A DNA stretch of 64,000 bases from NCBI GenBank assembly GCA_028826165.1, contig JAPDFW010000101.1, forward strand, positions 124,001 through 188,000, in the 5' to 3' direction. The stretch's first letter is position 1; each line of letters begins with the position of its first letter. The DNA comes from Anaeramoeba ignava BMAN. Its lineage: Eukaryota > Protista > Anaeramoebae. Of this stretch, positions 1-9,439 are shown one piece after another. A model generated the notes under the pieces. That model was not told the DNA's origin and made no database searches. It saw nothing but the letters and a program-made list of their open reading frames with translations. The position numbers and the translations under genes are program-made.

Positions 1-57
1 TTTATCTTTAAGCCAAGTACCAACTGAAAAAATAGCACCAATAATATCAGTTGCCAT
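1..57 (-). CDS. 5' end of an unidentified gene running off the window (MATDIIGAIFSVGTWLKDK...)
   Basis: Minus-strand ATG at 57 with an open frame to position 1 and coding-like composition; reverse-orientation TTTTCATTT motifs at ~74-97; divergent from the gene at 242. Confidence 0.55.
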   Translation of the reverse strand, partial: MATDIIGAIFSVGTWLKDK

Positions 58-241
58 TAATAAAAAAAATATTGAAATGAAAAATAAAAAAATGAAATTT
101 TGTTTTTTTTTGCTTTTTAAATTTAAATTTAAAATTAAAAATTAAAATTAAAAAAGTGGAATTTAAAAGCAATTTTCATTTTTTTCATTTTTTTCATTTT
201 TTTCATTTTTCATTTTTTTCATTTTATTTATTTTTTATTAA

Positions 242-2233
242 ATGAGAAAAATAAGTCAAACTCCTCAAAAAAAAATAACTTCACAAGATCAACAACATAT
301 TTTAATTTCTCCACAAAAAAATACACAATCAAGAATATTTCAAACACCAAGAAAAAAATCAGAAAGAATTTCAAATAAAAAACCAATTTTACAACATAAA
401 AATATACTTGATATTGATGATATTGAATTTTCAACTCCAAAAAATTCACAGAATAATTCAAATGTTGAAGAAATTATTACAGATTTTGAAATATTAAATC
501 AACCTCAAAATTTAATTGAAATTGATCCTATTAATTCATTTAATTTCCCTATAAATTTAAGAAAACAAGAAGTCAATTATTTAAATGACAAAAATGAAAA
601 TCAATCAAATTTTTATCATCTTCCTACTCAATTTAAACAAAGAAGTAGTTCTAAAAAAAAAGAAGAGAAAATTCAAAAATATAATTTGGAAAACAATAAT
701 TTTTCTCCAAAAAATTCTGGGAAGTATTTAGAGTATTGGAAATCATTAAATTCATATGAAGATACTGATGATTGTTTTATTTATCTTTTACGATTTGCAC
801 CTCCTATATTTAATTTAACTCCAACTTTATGCATTTATTATTCAAATGAAAATTTAAATCAAATTCAAATTCAAAATCAAAATCAAATTGAAAATTTAAA
901 TCAAAATCAAATTCAAAATCAAATTCAAAATCAAAATTTAAATTTAAATATTATAGATGCTCTTATTCCTAATGATATCATCTCAAATTTCAAAATAGGT
1001 GATATATGCAATGTTCCGAATTCTTGCTTCAGAACTTTCAATTTACATTTTGGTAAAAAACAAAGATATTTCTTGTTTGGAACTCAAAATATAACAAAAA
1101 TATCTTCTCAAACATTATCAAATATCAATGAATTTCAAACTAAATTTTCCAAAATTGAATCCTATTTTGCAAAAATAAACGAAAACAAAGAATCTTTTGA
1201 AAGAAATATAATTCCTGAATTTTTACAAACTTACAAACATTATCATCCAAATGATATTTCTCAAATTGAATTTCCTGATAATTCCCAAATTGAACAATTT
1301 AAATCACTTTCACAAGCATTCAAACAAACTCAAAATCAAGAATTTTCACTGAAAAAAACAATGGATGAAAACGATATAAATAACAATCAAACAGAAGAAG
1401 AATCTCGTTTAAATGCGATAAGATATATGAGTCTTTCAAATAATTCACTCACTTTTTTACTTATGAGATTCTTTAGAAATATTCAGCCAAATTTACACGC
1501 TTGTTTTATTCAAGATTTAACCGGTGGTTTTGGATTGATTTTTTTGGATCCTCAAAAAATTTCTTTATCAATCAATGAAAACGATGAAGGAAAAACATTT
1601 CGATGCTCAAATTTACAACTTTTCAAACCAAAATTATCGTCCAATTCGTTAAATTCTATCGTTAATTTAGTTCCATGTGGCGGAGTAATTACAACACTCA
1701 AATTTGGGTTTTTATCCCAACTTGATTTTTCACAAAAGAATTTCAACTGGAAAACTTCTTTTGAAAAAATTCCATTTTATTTACTTGACGAAATTGGAAA
1801 AAAATTCAAAAATTTATTTTACTCAAAGAGAATAAATGTTGTTGTAAAAGTTAAACAATTCCTTCAGGCGAAACAACAAAATTCTTCATTTTTTGGAATT
1901 GAAGTCACAGATTTTTCTCTTTTCCAAAAAAATTACACTGGACAAAAAATTCCGAATTTACAAATTTCAATTATGGATTTTGATAAATATAATTATTTCT
2001 GTTCTTTGTTTCAGATCAATTCATTGGTTTCAATTCGTAATTTGCTTTTTTTCCAAAATTCAAACTCGAACTTTATTTTGATTTCTGATGCTTTAACTTC
2101 ATTTGAAGAAGTTCAAATTTATTCAACTGATGATCTAACAATCCAAAATTCTTTTTTGGATCTTGAAATTAAAAATAATTTACCAAAAAGGAATATTTCA
2201 AATACATTATTTGTTTTACTTTCTAATATTTAA
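242..2233 (+). CDS. Hypothetical protein, 663 aa; disordered S/TP-rich N-terminus, possible OB-fold-like C-terminal region
   Basis: Long intronless ORF preceded by TTTTCATTTT repeats (175-230). The C-terminal beta-rich pattern (RINVVVKV...IEVTD...LVSIRNL...LISDALTSF) is only suggestive of an OB fold. Confidence 0.6.
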   Translation: MRKISQTPQKKITSQDQQHILISPQKNTQSRIFQTPRKKSERISNKKPILQHKNILDIDDIEFSTPKNSQNNSNVEEIITDFEILNQPQNLIEIDPINSFNFPINLRKQEVNYLNDKNENQSNFYHLPTQFKQRSSSKKKEEKIQKYNLENNNFSPKNSGKYLEYWKSLNSYEDTDDCFIYLLRFAPPIFNLTPTLCIYYSNENLNQIQIQNQNQIENLNQNQIQNQIQNQNLNLNIIDALIPNDIISNFKIGDICNVPNSCFRTFNLHFGKKQRYFLFGTQNITKISSQTLSNINEFQTKFSKIESYFAKINENKESFERNIIPEFLQTYKHYHPNDISQIEFPDNSQIEQFKSLSQAFKQTQNQEFSLKKTMDENDINNNQTEEESRLNAIRYMSLSNNSLTFLLMRFFRNIQPNLHACFIQDLTGGFGLIFLDPQKISLSINENDEGKTFRCSNLQLFKPKLSSNSLNSIVNLVPCGGVITTLKFGFLSQLDFSQKNFNWKTSFEKIPFYLLDEIGKKFKNLFYSKRINVVVKVKQFLQAKQQNSSFFGIEVTDFSLFQKNYTGQKIPNLQISIMDFDKYNYFCSLFQINSLVSIRNLLFFQNSNSNFILISDALTSFEEVQIYSTDDLTIQNSFLDLEIKNNLPKRNISNTLFVLLSNI

Positions 2234-2363
2234 GAATAAGAATAAGAATAAGAATAAGAATAAAAAAAGCAAAAATTATAAATAAATTTGAGAAAAAAAA
2301 AATTTTCTTTTCATTTTTTTCATTTTTGAAATAATTTGATCAAAAAAAAAACACAATTAAAAA

Positions 2364-2840
2364 ATGATTGAATGGATTTTAGTTATTTTACTTTTTTTAA
2401 TGGTTATTGGAAGTACTCAATTTTTTTTGGTTCAAATGAAAGCAACAATTAAAGAATGGCTTATTTTTAATGCTTGTGCTCCTTCAATTTTCTTATGGAT
2501 TTTAGGAGTTTTTATTGAAAAAATTTTTCACCTTCGATTTCTTATGCATTCAGCAATTATTCCTTTAACTTTTTTTGGAACTCAAGGTTTATTTATATTT
2601 CCTTGGAAAGGAATGGATATTATTCCTCAAATAAGTCATATTTTTATGACTTTAGCTTCTATTTTGACTGTTTTTCAAACTTTTGTTTTGAATGATTTTA
2701 AACAAGCTACTATTGGTTTTCTTTTTGGTTTGTTAACTTTTCCTTTTATTTCAATTCAACAAAATTATTGTGCAAGAAATCCGGAAAAATTAAAGAAAAT
2801 GCTTGGTTTATCATTTGGAGAAGAAAAAAAGGAGAAATGA
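2364..2840 (+). CDS. Small polytopic membrane protein, 158 aa, function unknown
   Basis: About five hydrophobic segments; motifs WLIFNACAPS, FFGTQGLFIFPW and IIPQISHIFMTLA; upstream TTTTCATTTT motif. Confidence 0.75.
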   Translation: MIEWILVILLFLMVIGSTQFFLVQMKATIKEWLIFNACAPSIFLWILGVFIEKIFHLRFLMHSAIIPLTFFGTQGLFIFPWKGMDIIPQISHIFMTLASILTVFQTFVLNDFKQATIGFLFGLLTFPFISIQQNYCARNPEKLKKMLGLSFGEEKKEK

Positions 2841-3779
2841 ATTAAAATTAAAATCAAAATTAAAATTAAAATTAAAATTCATTTACAAAATTAAAATCAA
2901 AATTCCAATTAAAATTAAAATTAAAATTAAAATTAAAATTAAAATTAAAATTAAAATTAAAATTAAAATCAAAATTAAAATTAAAATTAAAATTAAAATT
3001 AAAATTCAAAATTAAAATCAAAATTAAAATTAAAATCAAAATTAAAATTAAAATCAAAATTAAAATTAAAATTAAAAATTAAAATTAAAAATAAAATTAA
3101 AATTTAAAATTAAAAATTAAAATTAAAATTAAAATTTAAAATTTAAAATTAAAATTAAAATTAAAATCAAAATTAAAATTAAAATTAAAAATTAAAAATT
3201 AAAAATTAAAATTAAAATTAAAAATAAAATCAAAATTAAAATCAAAATTAAAATTAAAATTAAAATCAAAAATTAAAATTAAAAATTAAAAATTAAAATT
3301 AAAATCAAAATTCCAATTAAAAATTAAAATTAAAATTAAAATTAAAAATTAAAATTAAAATTAAAATTAAAATTAAAATTAAAATTAAAATTAAAATCAA
3401 AAATTAAAAATTAAAATTAAAAATCAAAATTAAAATTAAAATTAAAATCAAAATTAAAATCAAAAATTAAAATTAAAATTAAAAATCAAAATTAAAAATT
3501 CATTTATAAAATTAAAATTAAAATTAAAATTAAAATTAAAATTAAAATTAAAATTAAAATTAAAATTAAAATTAAAATTAAAATTAAAAATTAAAATTAA
3601 AATTAAAATCAAAATCAAATCAAAATTCATTTATAAAATTAAAATTAAAATTAAAATTAAAATTAAAATTAAAATTAAAATTCATTTATAAAATTAAAAT
3701 CAAAATTAAAATTAAAATTAAAATTAAAATTAAAATTAAAATTAAAATTAAAATTAAAATTAAAATTAAAATTAAAAAT
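2841..3779 (+). repeat. (AAAATT)n / (AAAATC)n hexamer satellite, intergenic
   Basis: Directly visible tandem array with occasional ATTCATTTAT interruptions. Confidence 0.95.
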
Positions 3780-3816
3780 TTTCTTTTCATTTTTTCATTT
3801 TTTTCTTTTTTTTAAA

Positions 3817-5592
3817 ATGAATGAAATTATATTTTTTGGTCAAAATTATGCTCCAAAACTTTTCAAAAATGAAACAAATAAAATAAGAAAACCAATTCAA
3901 TTTAAATTTGAAAATGAAAATGAAAATCAAATTAAACAAATTTCATCAGGTTATTTTGGAATAATTTTCCTTTTCAAAAACGGAAAAGCAATAGAATATT
4001 TAAATGAAAAAGATTCAAATCCAAATCCTTCAGAAATCCAAATTGAAAATATTCAAAAAGTAACTGTTGGTGCTCATAATGAAGCTATTTTAACAATAGA
4101 AGGAAATGTATTTGCCAAAGGAGAAGATATTAATCCAAATAATCCAAAAGAATTTATCAATATTTCATCATTAATTGAAGATACAAATGATAGAATAATT
4201 CAAGATGTTGTTTCTGGATACAATTCAATTTACTTATTAACTTCAAATCATAATGTTTATGGAATTGGTTCAAATGAATATGGTCAACTTGGTTTTGATT
4301 CTGAAACACTTAAAGAAACACAAAAACCAATTTTAATAATGAAAAATATTTCTAAAATATTTTCAGGAAATTCTTCACTTCATGCTTTTCTTTTAAATTC
4401 AAATCAAGAATTATTTGGATGTGGTTGGAATGATTATGGTAAACTTGGATTAGGAGAATCAAGAAAAGAAATAATAGTGAAAAAAGTAACCCAAATCCAA
4501 AATATTCCAAAAGGCAAAATACTTGATATTCAATGTGGATATACTCATTCAATAATGTTGATTGAAGATGAAAATGAAAATGAAAAAGAAAATCCAAAAA
4601 GAAAACTTTATTCATGTGGGCATTGGAAATATAACGGATTTGGCAAAAATGAATTTGATGATACTTATGAATTTACTGAAATCAAATCATCTTTATTTGA
4701 AAATGATGATGATATTCTTGATTTCTCTGTTGGATATGTTCATACTTTGATTTTAACTTCCAATTCAAAATTAATTGGATTTGGGCATAATGGATTTGGT
4801 GAATTAGGAACTGGAGATACAGAAGATCAATCAATTCCAATTCAAATTGAACTTCCTAAATTAAGATTTAATGAAGAAATTTCTAATTATCATGTTTTTT
4901 GTGGATATAATAGTACAATCATTTATTTTTCTTCTCCTTTTTCCAATCTTGAAGAAGATTTGATAAAACTATTTAGAAGAAAAGAATTTTGCAATATTTC
5001 ATTTAAAACCGAAAATGGAGAAATAATTGAAGCTCATAAATTAATATTGAAATATAGATTAAAAGATGAAAATCAAATTGAAAAACTTCAAGAAATTATT
5101 TCAAATAAATCAATTAAAGAATCGAATCAAATATTTGAAATGATTTATTCAAATAATTCCAAAATAAATCCAAAATTATATTCTGAAATTAAAGAAATTA
5201 TAAATTTAAATGAAAAAATTGAAGAAACAATTAAAAGAATTTATTTAAATGAAAATGAAAATGAAAAAGATTTTATAATTGAAAGAAAAGAAAAACAATA
5301 TAAATTTCCAAAATTAATATTAATAATGAGAAGTGAATTATATCGAGGAATGTTTTTATCTGTAACAGAAGATACTTCTAATAAAGTTACAGATTATAGT
5401 GAATTAAGTAATAAATCATTCCAAATATTTGAATATTGGATTTATTCAAATCAAATTAAAGAAGGAATTCAAATTACACAAGAAATCATTAATGAAATTA
5501 AAATTGGAATTGATTATTTTCAATTAAATCAAACAAATCCAAATTTATTTGATTTATTAATTAACAAATTTAATAATCAAAATCAAAATTAA
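3817..5592 (+). CDS. RCC1-repeat plus BTB/POZ domain protein (paralog 1, intact)
   Basis: RCC1 motifs (YGIGSNEYGQLG, FGCGWNDYGKLGLG, IQCGYTHS, SVGYVHTL, GHNGFGELGTG) followed by BTB-like motifs (FCNISF...IEAHKLIL; FPKLILIMRSELYRGMF). Confidence 0.9.
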   Translation: MNEIIFFGQNYAPKLFKNETNKIRKPIQFKFENENENQIKQISSGYFGIIFLFKNGKAIEYLNEKDSNPNPSEIQIENIQKVTVGAHNEAILTIEGNVFAKGEDINPNNPKEFINISSLIEDTNDRIIQDVVSGYNSIYLLTSNHNVYGIGSNEYGQLGFDSETLKETQKPILIMKNISKIFSGNSSLHAFLLNSNQELFGCGWNDYGKLGLGESRKEIIVKKVTQIQNIPKGKILDIQCGYTHSIMLIEDENENEKENPKRKLYSCGHWKYNGFGKNEFDDTYEFTEIKSSLFENDDDILDFSVGYVHTLILTSNSKLIGFGHNGFGELGTGDTEDQSIPIQIELPKLRFNEEISNYHVFCGYNSTIIYFSSPFSNLEEDLIKLFRRKEFCNISFKTENGEIIEAHKLILKYRLKDENQIEKLQEIISNKSIKESNQIFEMIYSNNSKINPKLYSEIKEIINLNEKIEETIKRIYLNENENEKDFIIERKEKQYKFPKLILIMRSELYRGMFLSVTEDTSNKVTDYSELSNKSFQIFEYWIYSNQIKEGIQITQEIINEIKIGIDYFQLNQTNPNLFDLLINKFNNQNQN

Positions 5593-6305
5593 AATTCAAA
5601 TTAAAATTAAAATTAAAATTAAAATTCATTTATAAAATTAAAATTAAAATTAAAATTAAAATTAAAATCAAAATTAAAATCAAAATTAAAATTAAAATTA
5701 AAATTAGAATTAAAATCAAAATCAAAATTAAAATTAAAATCAAAATTAAAATTAAAATTAAAATTAAAATTAAAATTAAAATTAAAATTAAAATTAAAAT
5801 TAAAATTAAAATTAAAATTAAAATTAAAATTAAATTAAAATTAAAATTAAAATTAAAATTAAAATTAAAATCAAAATTAAAAATTAAAATAAAATTAAAT
5901 TAAAATTAAAATTAAAATTAAAATTAAAATTAAAATTAAAATTAAAATTAAAATTAAATTTAAAATTAAATTTAAAATTAAAATTAAAATCAAAATTAAA
6001 ATTAAAATTAAAATTAAAATTAAAATTAAAATTAAAATTAAAATTAAAATTAAAATTAAAATTAAAATTAAAATTAAAATTAAAATTAAAATTAAAATTA
6101 AAATTAAAATTAAAATTAAAATTAAAATTAAAATTAAAATCAAAATTAAAATTAAAATTAAAATTCATTTATAAAATTAAAATTAAAATTAAAATTAAAA
6201 TTAAAATTCATTTATAAAATTAAAATTAAAATTAAAATTAAAATTAAAATTCATTTATAAAATTAAAATTAAAATTAAAATTAAAATTAAAATTAAAATT
6301 AAAAT
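5593..6305 (+). repeat. (AAAATT)n hexamer satellite between RCC1-BTB paralogs
   Basis: Directly visible; begins at the stop codon of paralog 1. Confidence 0.95.
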
Positions 6306-6335
6306 TCATTTTTTCATTTTTTTCTTTTTTCAAAA

Positions 6336-8127
6336 ATGAATGAAATTATATTTTTTGGTCAAAATTATGCTCCAAAACTTTTCAAAAATGAAACAAATAA
6401 AATAATAAAACCAATTCAATTTAAATTTGAAAATGAAAATGAAAATGAAAATGAAAAACAAATTAAACAAATTTCAACAGGTGATTATTCAATAATTTTC
6501 CTTTTTAAAAATGGAAAAGCAATAGAATATTTAAAAGAAAATGAATTAAATCAAAATCCTTCAAAAATCCAAATTGAAAATATTCAAAAAGTAACTGTTG
6601 GTTTTCAAAATGAAGCTATTTTAACAATAGAAGGAAATGTATTTGCCAAAGGATATGATATTAATCCAGATAATACAAAAGAATTTATCAATATTTCATC
6701 ATTAATTGAAGATACAAACGATAGAATAATTGAAGATATTGTTTCTGGATCTAAATCAATTTACTTATTAACCTCAAATCAAAATGCTTATGGAATTGGT
6801 TCAAATCAACATGGTCAACTTGGTTTTGATTCTGAAACACTTAAAGAAACAGAAAAACCAATTTTAATGATGAAAAATGTTTCTAAAATATTTTCAGGAA
6901 ATAATTCGGCTCATGTTTTTCTTTTAAATTCAAATCAAGAATTATTTGGATGCGGATTAAATGCATCTGGTCAACTTGGATTAGGAGAATCAAGAAGAAA
7001 AGAAATAAAAATCCAAAAATTAACCAAAATCCAAAATATTCCAAAAGATAAAATAATTGATATTCAATGTGAATATATTCATTCAATAATGTTGATTGAA
7101 AATGAAAATGAAAATGAAAATCCAAAAAGAAAACTTTATTCAACTGGATATTATCAATATAATGGACTTGGCAAAAATAGAGAAAATACTTATGAATTTA
7201 CTGAAATCAAATCATCTTTATTTGAAAATGATGATATTCTTGATTTTTCTGTTGGGAATAAACATACTTTGATTTTAACTTCAAATTCAAAACTGATTGG
7301 ATTTGGAGATAATTTTTATGGTCAATTAGGAACTGTAGATATAGAATATCAAACAATTCCAATTCAAATTGAACTTCCTAAATTAAGATTTAATGAAAAT
7401 ATTTCTAATTATCATATTTCTTGTGGTTCTTATCATTCATTTCTTTATTATTCTCCTTTCCTTTCTTCTTTTTCCAATCTTGAAGAAGATTTGATAAAAT
7501 TATTTAGAAGAAAAGAATTTTGTGATATTTCATTTAAAACCAAAAATGGAGAAATAATAGAAGCTCATAAATTAATATTGAAATATAGATTAAATCAAAT
7601 TGAAAATGAAATTGAAAAACTTCAAGAAATTATTTCAAAAAAATCAATTAAAGAATCAAATCAAATATTTGAAATGATTTATTCAAATAATTCCAAAATA
7701 AATCCAAAATTATATTCAGAAATTAAAGAAATTATAAATTCAAATGAAAAATCAGAAGAAACAATGAAAAGAATTTATTTAAATGAAAATGAAAATGAAA
7801 ATGAAAATGATTTTATAATTGAAAGAAAAGAAAAACAATATAAATTTCCAAAATTAATATTAATAATGAGAAGTGAATTATATCGAGGAATGTTTTTATC
7901 TGTAACAAAATGATAAATCAAATAGAGTTACAGATTATAGTGAATTAAGTAATAAATCATTTCAAATATTAGAATATTGGATTTATTCAAATCAAATCAA
8001 AGATGAAATTCAAATTAATAAAGAAATTATTGATGAAATTCAAATTGGAATTGATTATTTTCAATTAAATCAAACAAATCCAAATTTATTAGATTTATTA
8101 ATTAACAAATTTAATAATCAAAATTAA
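6336..8127 (+). pseudogene. RCC1-BTB paralog 2 with a +1A frameshift at ~7907-7910 (pseudogene or sequencing error)
   Basis: Colinear with paralog 1. The ORF stops at 7913 (ACAAAATGA), but removing one A restores ...VTNDKSNRVTDYSELSNKSF... through to TAA at 8125-8127. Confidence 0.75.
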
Positions 8128-8385
8128 AATTAAAATCAAAATTAAAATTAAAATTAAAATCAAAATTAAAATTAAAATTAAAATTAAAATTAAAATTAAA
8201 ATTAAAATTAAAATTAAAATTAAAATTAAAATTAAAATTAAAATTAAAATTAAAATCAAAATTAAAATTAAAATCAAAATTAAAATTAAAATCAAAATTA
8301 AAATCAAAATTCATTTATAAAATTAAAATCAAAATTAAAATTAAAATCAAAATTAAAATTAATTTATAAAATTAAAATTAAAATT
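8128..8385 (+). repeat. (AAAATT/AAAATC)n satellite
   Basis: Directly visible. Confidence 0.9.
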
Positions 8386-8418
8386 CCGTTTTTGTTCCAC
8401 TTTTTTTTTTTTTGAAAA

Positions 8419-9285
8419 TCAAAACAAATTAAAAAATAAAAGGAAGCAAACCAAAACAAAATTGAAAACAAAAACAGAAGCAAAAGAAGTAGTAGGACAA
8501 GGCCAAAATTGACCATCTAAATCCTGGTCTTGAGGAAAAAACAAAAGACCCATTTGATTTTGCTGAGCAAAAGTGCATTCATTCAAATCAATATCTTGAC
8601 CTAGATATTCAGCATCAAAAACAGCTTTTCCGTCTTGAAGAAAACCGAAAAAGTAGTCGCACTCATCCCAAACAAAACAAGATTCAACAACAGCAAAATC
8701 GAACCAATTTCTGACTTGAGTTGTATTTGAAACTGAAGCACAATTTTTCAGACCCCTTAATAAACCTCTTGAGTTTGCCTGTTGAGAAATAAAAGAAAGA
8801 TAATCCAAAGCGGTTGACGAGTTCAAATAAAAGCCAGTTAGTTGGTAAGGATTGCTAGCAAAACCAGCATCAACATTATCGCAATCGATTCCATCAAATC
8901 CTTTTGAAACTGCAAGATCCATTCTTTGGGTCATAATAGTTCTCACTTCGGAATTGGTCGTATCAAGCCATTTTTCACCTGCCCAACCGCTTAGTTTATT
9001 TCCTATTGCTTCCGTTGGAAAATCTCCTGCATCCGGTCGCCAGTTTTCCCAACTTCCGCATGACATGTATGCTATTACTATTCTTCCTTCGTTTTTTAAT
9101 TCAGCGACTGTTGTTGAATTTGTGTCAAAAAGATCGATATCGTAAAATTTTGCTTCTTCTAATGTTAAATCTCTTCTTACTTCTCCATCTAATTGTAATA
9201 ACCAACTAGTTCCTTTTGCTACTCCGTTTGTTTCTTTACTTTTGAGTGTAAGTAGAAATATTATTAGTAAAATTGTATATTTCAT
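8419..9285 (-). CDS. Glycoside hydrolase family 114 (endo-alpha-1,4-polygalactosaminidase-like), with signal peptide and C-terminal hydrophobic anchor
   Basis: GH114 motifs SWLLQL, YDIDLFD, IAYMSCGSWENWRPDA, GWAGEKWLD, RMDLAVSKGFDGIDCDNVD, LKN, FAVVESC and GKAVFDAEY; hydrophobic N- and C-termini. Confidence 0.9.
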   Translation of the reverse strand: MKYTILLIIFLLTLKSKETNGVAKGTSWLLQLDGEVRRDLTLEEAKFYDIDLFDTNSTTVAELKNEGRIVIAYMSCGSWENWRPDAGDFPTEAIGNKLSGWAGEKWLDTTNSEVRTIMTQRMDLAVSKGFDGIDCDNVDAGFASNPYQLTGFYLNSSTALDYLSFISQQANSRGLLRGLKNCASVSNTTQVRNWFDFAVVESCFVWDECDYFFGFLQDGKAVFDAEYLGQDIDLNECTFAQQNQMGLLFFPQDQDLDGQFWPCPTTSFASVFVFNFVLVCFLLFFNLF

Positions 9286-9439
9286 TAAACGTAAACAAAT
9301 GATTTTTAATTTAAAAAAAAAATGAAAAATGTTTTTCTCCTTTTTTTTTTTTTTTTTTTTTTAATAAATTTTCATCAAGTTTTTGAAAATAATTCTCTTT
9401 AACATTTTTATTTCTTTTTCAATAATTTAAAATAATCAA

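Noticed and set aside
7905-7935. Stop-codon reassignment or readthrough (TGA TAA in RCC1-BTB paralog 2)
   Set aside because: Explained by a +1A frameshift. Other genes end normally at TAA or TGA, and long ORFs are open in the standard code.
2803-8314. KIKI, ILIL, NFNF, SKSK and DFDF ORFs here and at 32061-32558, 36029-37409, 52700-55278 and 61652-61861
   Set aside because: Translations of hexamer or 12-mer satellites, or shadows of real genes.
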